Counted from the first letter of the stretch, positions 1-7,467 are shown. The stretch: 64,000 nt of DNA from an uncultured Alphaproteobacteria bacterium (GCA_944391735.1 CALXUR010000005.1:6428-70427), one strand, 5' to 3'. The notes: a model not told the origin generated them from the letters alone. Translations and numbers: made by a program.

Positions 1-224
1 ACCACCTGGCGGTATTCGTGCTCATCGCAGTAGCCGCCTTTGCCTTTTAAGAAGCCGTAGTCGTTTAAAGGGGTGCGGCATACTCTTTTATGTTCGGCCG
101 GTGTCAGGTTAATGGTTTCAACCACCGCCACGGTTTCAAGTCTGTCGCTGTTGGCTCTGGTTATGCTCTTTACTTCGTCGAGGTCGCTTGGCTTGCGGAC
201 CATGTAAGTTTTAACTGTTTTCAT
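1..224 (-). CDS. Small phage hypothetical protein, truncated by the window edge (not in ORF track)
   Basis: ATG at 224 after RBS GAAAGGA. Reads MKTVKTYMVRKPSDLDEVKSITRANSDRLETVAVVETINLTPAEHKRVCRTPLNDYGFLKGKGGYCDEHEYRQVV with no stop before base 1. Confidence 0.7.
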   Translation of the reverse strand, partial: MKTVKTYMVRKPSDLDEVKSITRANSDRLETVAVVETINLTPAEHKRVCRTPLNDYGFLKGKGGYCDEHEYRQV

Positions 225-281
225 TTTAATTTCCTTTCGCTGTTGTATCTTACAAGTCAATGAACGCTCTTTTTTGAAGAA

Positions 282-1556
282 TTATCCAGTTAATTCTGCA
301 TTATAAGTGCTTGTTTCTGCATTATTTTTTGATATTTCGCCACTTTCTAGCAGAACAGCCTTTTTACCGGTCCAATCTTCCCATCTTTTTACGATAACAT
401 CGCAGTATTTCGGGTCCAATTCCATCAATCTTGCGACTCGACCGGTCTTCTCACAGGCGATTAAAGTCGACCCGGAACCGCTAAATCCGTCCAAAACAAT
501 CTCGCCAACCTTGGAACTGTTGTTGATAGCGCGCTCAACAAGCTCGACCGGTTTCATTGTCGGGTGCAGGTCATTGTGCTGTGGCTTGTTATATTCCCAA
601 ATGTCGGATTGGTTCCGGTCACCACACCAATAGTGAGGCTTGTCGCTCACCCAGCCGTAGAGGATAGGTTCATATTGCCGCTGATAGTCAGCTCGGCCCA
701 AGGTAAAGGTGTTCTTGGTCCAAATGATAAAGGTGGACCATTTGCCGCCGGCTTTCACAAATGCCGAGTAAAGGGTGTGAAGTTCAGACGAACTCATGCA
801 AACGTAAGCGGCACCTTTGCAATACATCAGCATATTGGTGCAGGCATCGTAAAGGAACTGCTCGAAATCTTCGCCCAGGTTGTCGTTCATAATGGTGCGG
901 CCATGGTTCGGACTGGTGTGATAACGGAGTTTGTCTTTCATCGTTGCGCCGTAGTTAACATTGTATGGCGGGTCGGTAAAGATCATGTCGGCCACGTCGT
1001 TTTGCATTAACTTTTTGAAATCGTCTATCATGGTCGTGTCGCCGCACATCAACCGGTGGTTTCCCAACTGCCAAACGTCACCATGCTTGGAGGTAGGTTC
1101 AACCGGGGCCTCGGGAACCTCATCATCTTCGGTGTTACCAGTGTCCTGAATTTCGCCAAAGTTCTCGAGGGCCTTTAGTTCATCATTGGTAAAGCCGAGA
1201 TTAGTTAAATCAAAGTCCTCGTCTTTCAGCTCGCCGATTTCCAATGCCAACATCTTTTCATCCCAACCAGCGTTGAGGGCGATCCGGTTATCGGCAATGA
1301 CCAAGGCTCGGCGTTGTGTTTCGGTTAAGTCCGGTAAGACGATGACCGGGACTTCTGTCAAACCTAAGCGTTGAGCCGCCAAAAGTCTGCCATGTCCGGC
1401 AATGATAACGTTGTCCGAGCCGATAAGGATCGGGTTGGTAAAGCCGAACTCCTTAATACTGGCCATAATCTGTGCTACTTGCTCATCATTGTGCGTGCGC
1501 GAGTTGCGTGCGTAAGGGATAAGTTTATCCACTGGAAAATTCTGTTGAAATTCCAT
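282..1556 (-). CDS. ParB-like N-terminal domain fused to N6/N4 DNA methyltransferase
   Basis: ParB-like LIPYARNSRTH...IIAGHGRLLAA; catalytic DPPY; HPTMKP and VLDGFSGSGSTLIACE SAM-binding motif (beta-class order). Start moved to MEFQQ at 1556 (RBS GGAG). Confidence 0.92.
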   Translation of the reverse strand: MEFQQNFPVDKLIPYARNSRTHNDEQVAQIMASIKEFGFTNPILIGSDNVIIAGHGRLLAAQRLGLTEVPVIVLPDLTETQRRALVIADNRIALNAGWDEKMLALEIGELKDEDFDLTNLGFTNDELKALENFGEIQDTGNTEDDEVPEAPVEPTSKHGDVWQLGNHRLMCGDTTMIDDFKKLMQNDVADMIFTDPPYNVNYGATMKDKLRYHTSPNHGRTIMNDNLGEDFEQFLYDACTNMLMYCKGAAYVCMSSSELHTLYSAFVKAGGKWSTFIIWTKNTFTLGRADYQRQYEPILYGWVSDKPHYWCGDRNQSDIWEYNKPQHNDLHPTMKPVELVERAINNSSKVGEIVLDGFSGSGSTLIACEKTGRVARLMELDPKYCDVIVKRWEDWTGKKAVLLESGEISKNNAETSTYNAELTG

Positions 1557-1589
1557 TTTTGCTCCTGAATTTGTGTGATAAAACAAAGG

Positions 1590-1691
1590 GTGACCACCCA
1601 AAATTACAAAGTGACCACCCAAAATTTTAATTCGTTGTTATAACTATTTGATATTACTTTATTTTTAGGTGACCACTGACCACCCAAAATT
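1590..1691. repeat. Three direct repeats TGACCACCCAAAATT (1591, 1612, 1677) plus a partial GTGACCAC (1669); cosB R-site-like
   Basis: Exact 15-bp copies read from the sequence, immediately downstream (minus strand) of the cosN-like site. Confidence 0.75.
1641..1653 (-). promoter_or_regulatory. IHF-binding consensus site
   Basis: Minus strand TATCAAATAGTTA matches WATCAANNNNTTR exactly and lies in an AT-rich gap between two of the repeats. Confidence 0.6.
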
Positions 1692-1714
1692 TTTGTGTTT
1701 TGCTAGAAAAATGC

Positions 1715-1758
1715 CGCGGCTTGGACCCCCGCATACGATCCGAAGCGAGGAAGGACCC
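1715..1758 (-). other. Lambda-like cosQ + cosN packaging site
   Basis: Minus strand GGGTCCT (same as lambda cosQ), a 17-nt spacer, then ATGCG-GGGGTCCAAGC-CGCGG (lambda cosN: TTACG-GGGCGGCGACCT-CGCGG). Confidence 0.7.
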
Positions 1759-1819
1759 GCCGGCCTCGGCCGATCGAAGTTGAGCGACCAACTGGCGGAA
1801 CTTCCCGGAAACTGCGGGG

Positions 1820-2866
1820 TTAGGCAACAAGTTTGTCTTCCTGAACCGGAACGATAGTCAACGTCTGCAAAGTCTTGCGGCATAATTTGGTGTAAATCGG
1901 TCGATCCAAGCCGAAGAACTTGATTAAAGTATTCGGTTTTTGGTTGCAAACAAGCGGACTATTCGTAACAACACCGTTCTTAACAGTCCGGATCAAGCCG
2001 CTGGGCAGTTCAGACTTGCCGATGCAAGATGAAAGGTAGACGAAGCATTCATCATTGTCGCCAAGATGTTCGGTTGCAAGGTAACGTGCGTAGACATTCA
2101 ATGTTAAGTCAGCCTTGCTCGGGTCCTTGGTCCATGGCGAACCACCGCCAATCGGGCAGGCGGTAGAATAGAAGTCGCACGCTAATTTCCGACCGGTAAT
2201 ACCACAGTCGGCAATGGATGAATGGAATTGATAAATGCCTGTGCCATTCACGATGATGGACTTTAGCTCTTGTCCGAGCGCATCAACGACAAATGGTTTG
2301 ATGTCTTCCGGTTCCAGCATAGGTATGGCAACTATGGCAGTCACTATGTCACCGGTTGCATCATCTATGGTAATTTGTGTTTTTATGTCGAGGCCAAGGT
2401 TAGATGATGTCTTTGCATGTTCATAAAGAGCATTATTTAGTTTGCGTGCCAGCCATAACTCGCGGTTGATTAAGCCCGGTCCTTTGCAGGCATAGCCCAC
2501 AAACACGCCTTGATCTCCCCATCCATCGCGCTCGACACCTTGGTTGATGTCGGCCGATTGGACCCCGATTTTGTTTATGACCTCTATATGTCGAACATCT
2601 ATGGCATAATTTTTCCATATACTAGAGTAATGTTCATCATAACCGATTTCTCGGAGAGCATTGCAGACATATGTTTCGATGTCTGACATATCTACCGAAC
2701 CTTTGACCTCACCACCGAGCATAACGCAGTTATCTTTGATCATAACTTCCACAGCGTAATGAACGCCGGGATCCTGCTCGATAAGTCTGTCTAAAATGTA
2801 ACTTGAAATGTAATCGGCTGTTTTATCCGGGTGGCCGATAGACACCGCTTCAGCTGTTTTCAGCAT
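1820..2866 (-). CDS. Divergent S-adenosylmethionine synthetase-like protein (prophage copy)
   Basis: MetK motifs GHPDK, GDQG, DCGITGRK and KDPSKAD. Canonical GAGDQG and GGGAFSGKD are replaced by GWGDQG and GGGSPWTKD. RBS AGGAG. Confidence 0.85.
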   Translation of the reverse strand: MLKTAEAVSIGHPDKTADYISSYILDRLIEQDPGVHYAVEVMIKDNCVMLGGEVKGSVDMSDIETYVCNALREIGYDEHYSSIWKNYAIDVRHIEVINKIGVQSADINQGVERDGWGDQGVFVGYACKGPGLINRELWLARKLNNALYEHAKTSSNLGLDIKTQITIDDATGDIVTAIVAIPMLEPEDIKPFVVDALGQELKSIIVNGTGIYQFHSSIADCGITGRKLACDFYSTACPIGGGSPWTKDPSKADLTLNVYARYLATEHLGDNDECFVYLSSCIGKSELPSGLIRTVKNGVVTNSPLVCNQKPNTLIKFFGLDRPIYTKLCRKTLQTLTIVPVQEDKLVA

Positions 2867-2874
2867 AAGTTTTT

Positions 2875-2925
2875 CTCCTGTTTAGTCCGTTATAGTAGGA
2901 CAAGTTGGCCTAAATCCACATCACC
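2875..2925 (-). ncRNA. Putative SAM-II/SAM-V-class riboswitch overlapping the metK-like Shine-Dalgarno
   Basis: RNA GUGG-AUUU-AGGCCAAC-UUGUCC-UAC-UAUAAC-GGACUAAA-C-AGGAG. UUGUCC pairs with GGAC(U)AA, CC pairs with the GG of the SD, and P1 is GUG(G)/(C)UAC. It lies directly upstream of a SAM synthetase homolog. Confidence 0.65.
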
Positions 2926-2979
2926 ACGTCACCCGACGAGGTTGCTCTGATTATGGCAGATTTATTGGAAAATTACAAC

Positions 2980-3013
2980 AAAAAAATCCGCCGGTTTGCC
3001 GCCAGCGGATTTC
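2980..3013 (-). terminator. Intrinsic terminator between the DUF6362-like gene and metK-like gene
   Basis: AAAUCCGCUGG-cggcaaa-CCGGCGGAUUU followed by a U-tract on the minus strand. Confidence 0.75.
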
Positions 3014-3066
3014 AATGCTATTGTAAAAATGTATAACCGGAATTGCCTGTTTACACTTTCGTCCCG

Positions 3067-3075
3067 ATTATACCA
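3067..3075 (-). promoter_or_regulatory. Extended -10 promoter candidate (TG-G-TATAAT), no obvious -35
   Basis: Perfect TGnTATAAT just after the DUF6362-like stop codon and upstream of the terminator. Confidence 0.4.
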
Positions 3076-3079
3076 ATTT

Positions 3080-3502
3080 TTATAGCACTTTTTTTTGAAA
3101 ATGTCTTGTCTTTTTTTGTCTTGACAAATTTCCTGCTAGGTATCCTCGTAAGTAATTGATAATACGTTCATATCGCACGTTCAATTGAGGCCTTGATAAG
3201 CCATATTCGTGACATAGTAGCTTCCAAGGAATATGACAAGCACGTTTCCATACGAGTGTTCTTTCATCAACAGTCAGCAATGGCAACCATTTCAGAATAA
3301 CTCTTTCCCAAATATCAATTTGCTCTTTAGTTGGACGAGGCGGTTTTGGTCGCTGATCCATAAAAGCAATTTCTTGTGGAGTGTAAACGATTTCAAAAAG
3401 CCAACAGCGATATTTTGGCGGTCGAACCGGAGGTAAAAGCCGCTCTACGTAAGCCGCCGTTGCTAAATCTCTTTTGATTTGTTCAAGTGTGACTTGCTTC
3501 AT
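3080..3502 (-). CDS. DUF6362-like phage protein (possible late-gene regulator)
   Basis: LPPVRPPKY...W...EIVYTPQE...WLPLL..DERTLVWKRACHIPWKLLC pattern, recognised as typical of alphaproteobacterial prophage genes preceding the packaging region. Confidence 0.6.
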   Translation of the reverse strand: MKQVTLEQIKRDLATAAYVERLLPPVRPPKYRCWLFEIVYTPQEIAFMDQRPKPPRPTKEQIDIWERVILKWLPLLTVDERTLVWKRACHIPWKLLCHEYGLSRPQLNVRYERIINYLRGYLAGNLSRQKKTRHFQKKVL

Positions 3503-4190
3503 CTTGCGCCCCCTTTACTTTGCTAAGCATATCGTGACAGATGTCCGTCATGCTCTCCATTTCGGAGTAGGACAAACCGTTTTCTTTGCAAAACCATTTT
3601 CTGACAGCCTTTCGCCAATCCAGCGCAATATACTTCTTGCCGTTCATCCAGCCGCGGTCAGAATTCCACTTCACAAACGCCACCGGGTCGATGGTATAAC
3701 CACTTTCCTTGCAATAAATCGCCACTTCTTCAACGCTCGGAGCACCAACGTATCGTGACTTATCCACATTTTCCGGCTCTTTATCTTTATCCTTTTTATT
3801 TATAAAATCACTTTCAGACTCTTTTTCTTTATCTAGTTCACTATCGTTCTCTTTATCTCTCTCTTTATCTTCCGGGCGGTCGGTTTGCGCTGGTTCAGGT
3901 GGCTCGCTCGAATTTCGCTCAGCGGTCGCTTTGCGATTTGCAGTTCGCTTTTTTGCGTTTTGCGCGTTAATCTCGCATGTTTTAAGCCAACGCGAATTGC
4001 GCAATTCAATTACTTCTTGAATCGAATCAAAGTGAATTTTTTTCATGTCCGTTAATTTTACAGAAGTGCATCCATATAAATTAAATTCGCACAGCGCGAC
4101 AATTAAATCCGCGATTTCACTTTTCTTATAGTTATGCACAGCCGCGAGGAAGCCGGCAGTGTCTAACAAAATAGTTGTCTTTTTATCCAT
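3483..4190 (-). CDS. Phage replication-initiator-like protein (DUF6291-like N-terminus)
   Basis: N-terminal helical domain, acidic/basic DKDKE linker, C-terminal PSVEEVAIYC...DPVAF...RGW..GK...DWRKAVRKW motif. Start moved to MDKK at 4190. Confidence 0.55.
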   Translation of the reverse strand: MDKKTTILLDTAGFLAAVHNYKKSEIADLIVALCEFNLYGCTSVKLTDMKKIHFDSIQEVIELRNSRWLKTCEINAQNAKKRTANRKATAERNSSEPPEPAQTDRPEDKERDKENDSELDKEKESESDFINKKDKDKEPENVDKSRYVGAPSVEEVAIYCKESGYTIDPVAFVKWNSDRGWMNGKKYIALDWRKAVRKWFCKENGLSYSEMESMTDICHDMLSKVKGAQDEASHT

Positions 4191-4428
4191 GTTGCACCCC
4201 TTGGCGTTCATCCATTGTTTTAATTCGGATAACACCTTGAACCCATCGCAGAGCAAGAACTGCGCGATGGTATTCTTTGGTCTTTTCTCTGTGCTTCAAC
4301 GTATGTGCGATTACTTCCTCTTTCAGTTGTGCTTCAAAGTCACGCAATTGAGAGAATGAGAGAGAGACCATACTGTCGACCGGGATTGTTTGAATGATTT
4401 CATAAACAGTCTTTTTGTTTTTAACCAT
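4183..4428 (-). CDS. Phage hypothetical protein
   Basis: 81-aa ORF with RBS AAGGAG, overlapping the next start codon (translational coupling). Confidence 0.7.
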   Translation of the reverse strand: MVKNKKTVYEIIQTIPVDSMVSLSFSQLRDFEAQLKEEVIAHTLKHREKTKEYHRAVLALRWVQGVIRIKTMDERQGVQHG

Positions 4429-4459
4429 TTTTTTCTCCTTTTGTTATGGTTGATACAAA

Positions 4460-4497
4460 AGGTAAATTCCCGGCGAGCAGAAAAATTTCCCAAAAAA
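4460..4497. repeat. 38-bp direct repeat, copy 1
   Basis: AGGTAAATTCCCGGCGAGCAGAAAAATTTCCCAAAAAA, identical to 7468-7505. Confidence 0.95.
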
Positions 4498-4499
4498 TA

Positions 4500-5009
4500 T
4501 TAAAATTTTTTATTTTTTTGTTTTGCCTCCTTTAACCGCTTTTCAATCCTATAAAAAATATCATTGCTTCCATGCACTTGTTTTCTTGCTGTATGTACAG
4601 GAACGCCAGAGAGAAGGAGGTCGATAAAGTCTTGCTCTTTTTGTTTTAGGCATTTCTTTGCTTCATTGATAGCTATTATCTGTTCTACATCTTCTAGAGA
4701 AAATGAAGAGACAGGCTCAAAACCAGCTTCGAGCATACTATTTAATGACTCAATATTTAAAGAACCCGATTGCATCTCTCGCAATCGGGTTCGTCCTAAG
4801 TGCATGGACTTTGATTTTAAGGCCATAAAAAGTGTATCATCCGGAACATCGCCTCGCTCTCGAATGAACTCTAAATAAAAGAGGACTAAATCTTGAATTA
4901 AGTCCTCTCGTTCTTGGCTATCAAAAAGCCCTGTTGAATAAATATATCGCAAATGAATTTTGATATAAGTAATTACCTTTGGTGGTAGTCCATCAAATAA
5001 ATATTTCAT
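4500..5009 (-). CDS. Phage sigma-70/ECF-like transcriptional regulator
   Basis: EREDLIQDLVL region-2-like motif and a C-terminal HTH-like LKQKEQDFIDLLLSG..V...R segment. Confidence 0.55.
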   Translation of the reverse strand: MKYLFDGLPPKVITYIKIHLRYIYSTGLFDSQEREDLIQDLVLFYLEFIRERGDVPDDTLFMALKSKSMHLGRTRLREMQSGSLNIESLNSMLEAGFEPVSSFSLEDVEQIIAINEAKKCLKQKEQDFIDLLLSGVPVHTARKQVHGSNDIFYRIEKRLKEAKQKNKKF

Positions 5010-5160
5010 TTTTTAACCTTTTGTTAATGATTAATACAAAAGGCCATATATCCATTAGTTTAGTTTTTTTCAATAAACGGTTGAAAAATTTATAAAATTA
5101 AATATCTATGTATGTTTTTAACGCATACATAGATACAGAAAGAGAAATTTGTTTATTATT

Positions 5161-6873
5161 TTATGCTGGGTTAAAACCGAGTTCACGTCTTTGATCTTCC
5201 CATGAGTAAGGGAAGTGATCCCGGATTAGTCTTCGTGCAGTCAGTAATTTGGGCTGTCTACCTTCTATAATTGCCATTATGATGTCCGGAGCTAATGTCG
5301 TAAGCCTTAAGATTTGTCCCATGTATCCACGATCTAATTTTTCTCTTTTTGAGAGTTCACTGAGGGATATCTTTTGGTCATCCATAACTTGTTTATAGTA
5401 AAATGCCTGAGTAACAGCATTGTAAAGCTTCATATCTCTTTCGCATGTTTCACCACTTGGCTGATTAGGTTCAACAATCTGAACACACCCGCGTTTACGT
5501 CCGAACTTTATAGGATAACTTAATTCAAGGAGTTTTTCATTATAATGACTGTCTTTCTCAATTGCACCGCGTTCAAATAAGTCTGCGCTCATCGGCCTAA
5601 GTTTTATTATAATATGATCAGTATAAACGATGACTTTTTCAACAACTTCTGTAATAAACTCGTGTACAGTGGCTGGCTCGAAGTACTGGAAAGCTTGGCC
5701 AATATCCTGCACTATGTTGTGAACATCTGCACCATTAAAGTCTTCATTTTGCCGCTTAAATTCTTTCAGTAGTTCTTCCTGTAGTTCCGGTGTTTGAAAA
5801 ATCTTTTTAACCTTGTCTAAAACAAAATTATCAATTGCACCGGCTGGAATACTTCCAATTTGGCAATGGGCGTTATTTGCACCTTCTTTAACAGCCTTCA
5901 AGGAAGTGTAGTACTCATAATATTTATTACCTCTCTTACTTCGGGTTGGGGTCATTGTTCCACAACACGAGCATTCAAGTAGACCTTTCAACAAACTGTT
6001 TTTAACAGAGCGGCAAGGTCTGAATGCTGTTCCAATGTTGTCTTTTTTTACTTTTCTTGTTTCATCCCAAAGTTCCTGAGTGATGATCGCTTTGTGCTGT
6101 CCCTTATACAACTCTCCCTTATAAGGAACCATTCCAATGTATATCGGGTTATTAAGGATATTGGATATCATCGCATGGTTAAACATCTCACAGCCAACAA
6201 TTTTTCCTGTTTTTGTTTTCCATGTTTTCGGCTTGAAGCCTTTTTCGTTCAGATCTTCCACCGTTCTTATTTGAGATCTTGTTCTCTTATAGTCCTCAAA
6301 AATGAATCGTATTGTTTCAGCCTCAGCCGGGTTTATTACCAACTTTTTATTATTAACGTCATATCCAAGTGGGATAGCCCCACCAGTCCACATGCCTTTT
6401 TTCTTACTGGCCGCAATTTTATCGCGGACACGTTCCGCACCAAGCTCACGCTCAAATTGTGCAAATGACAGCAGAATATTTAATGTTAACTTGCCCATGG
6501 AATCGCAAGTATTAAAGTGCTGTGTCACAGATACGAATGAACAATTATTCTTTTCAAAAGTTTGAACTAATTGTGCGAAATCAAGGAGTGAACGTGTTAA
6601 TCGGTCTATCTTATAGACGACAATCATGTCCACTTTGCCTTTTTCTATGTCAGCCATCAACCTTTTCAATGCAGGCCTTTTTAAGTTACCACCGCTAAAG
6701 CCACCATCATCGTATCGATCAGGGAGGATTATCCACCCCTGGTGCTTCATACTCATTACGAAGTTTTCGCCAGCTTCGCGTTGGGCCTCAAGTGTATTGA
6801 ATTCCTTTTCAAGACCTTCATCTGTTGATTTACGAGTGTAAATTGCGCATCTTATTTGTTTTTGTTCTTCCAT
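5161..6873 (-). CDS. Large serine recombinase (resolvase + recombinase + Zn-ribbon-like domains)
   Basis: RCAIYTRKST catalytic Ser motif, YDDGGFSGGNLKRPALKRL, VYKIDRLTRS, and Cys pair CSCCG. Confidence 0.93.
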   Translation of the reverse strand: MEEQKQIRCAIYTRKSTDEGLEKEFNTLEAQREAGENFVMSMKHQGWIILPDRYDDGGFSGGNLKRPALKRLMADIEKGKVDMIVVYKIDRLTRSLLDFAQLVQTFEKNNCSFVSVTQHFNTCDSMGKLTLNILLSFAQFERELGAERVRDKIAASKKKGMWTGGAIPLGYDVNNKKLVINPAEAETIRFIFEDYKRTRSQIRTVEDLNEKGFKPKTWKTKTGKIVGCEMFNHAMISNILNNPIYIGMVPYKGELYKGQHKAIITQELWDETRKVKKDNIGTAFRPCRSVKNSLLKGLLECSCCGTMTPTRSKRGNKYYEYYTSLKAVKEGANNAHCQIGSIPAGAIDNFVLDKVKKIFQTPELQEELLKEFKRQNEDFNGADVHNIVQDIGQAFQYFEPATVHEFITEVVEKVIVYTDHIIIKLRPMSADLFERGAIEKDSHYNEKLLELSYPIKFGRKRGCVQIVEPNQPSGETCERDMKLYNAVTQAFYYKQVMDDQKISLSELSKREKLDRGYMGQILRLTTLAPDIIMAIIEGRQPKLLTARRLIRDHFPYSWEDQRRELGFNPA

Positions 6874-6884
6874 GGTTACTCCTT

Positions 6885-7283
6885 TTATTTATCTAATGCA
6901 AAAAAATACCGTCCGGATATCTTTCTACCGGTAATTTTTTTTGCTACTGCTGATAGCGAGGTATACTTCATTCCATTGTATTCAAAACCATCGCGTAGAA
7001 CTGTGACAATGTGTTCTACACCAAGATACTCGCGGACAATCCTTGTACCGGTTGGCGGTAAGTTGTTTCTGTTTTCCGGCGGAATGTACATGTTAGCTAT
7101 TAATTTTTGTTGGCTTGCCGATAGTCCTCCATAAGCGAGTTCTTGTATCTTATACGCTATGCGTGATACATAGAACTCTTTATTTAGGGAGAATGGCTTT
7201 ACATCAAAATACTTTTGCCATAAAGCCTGAAGCTCAACCAGTGACTTCCGCTCTAAAAGAGCTATTTGCATTGATACTTGCAT
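6885..7283 (-). CDS. DUF2924 family protein
   Basis: LQALWQKYF...RIAYKIQELAYGGL...PPTGTRIVREY.GVEHIVTV..DGFEYNG..Y.SLSAVAKKITG; typical partner gene upstream of this recombinase family. Confidence 0.85.
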   Translation of the reverse strand: MQVSMQIALLERKSLVELQALWQKYFDVKPFSLNKEFYVSRIAYKIQELAYGGLSASQQKLIANMYIPPENRNNLPPTGTRIVREYLGVEHIVTVLRDGFEYNGMKYTSLSAVAKKITGRKISGRYFFALDK

Positions 7284-7450
7284 TCTGAACCTCCGTCTTG
7301 TTCAAATTCTTCTTCGTAGTCGTCACAATACATGCTTGGATATAAAGTTTTATCCAGTCTTTTCTGAGCTAATTCGCCACTTTTTTTTAATTTCAAATAC
7401 CTTAACAAATCAGGCATTATAATTTTTACTATTTTTTCTGCTTGGGTCAT
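7262..7450 (-). CDS. Small phage hypothetical protein
   Basis: 62 aa from MTQAE at 7450 with strong RBS GAAAGGAGG; overlaps the DUF2924 start. Confidence 0.6.
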   Translation of the reverse strand: MTQAEKIVKIIMPDLLRYLKLKKSGELAQKRLDKTLYPSMYCDDYEEEFEQDGGSECKYQCK

Positions 7451-7467
7451 TTTGACCTCCTTTCGAT

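Noticed and set aside
225-281. AAGAGCGTTCATTG motif upstream of the small phage ORF
   Set aside because: Single copy in the window, so a regulatory role cannot be supported from this sequence alone.
1590-1691. CRISPR-like repeats
   Set aside because: Repeats are 15 bp with irregular 6- and 50-nt gaps and no cas genes; better explained as cosB-type sites.
1665-1949. 94-aa minus-strand ORF and 62-aa plus-strand ORF over the cos region
   Set aside because: They overlap metK and the cos/R/IHF sites, have no RBS and no recognisable motif.
2926-2956. SAM-I-like words (AUCAGAG, GCAACC, GGUG) upstream of the riboswitch candidate
   Set aside because: No room for the P2/kink-turn or P4, so it cannot form a SAM-I/IV fold. 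Treated as chance unless a covariance model says otherwise.
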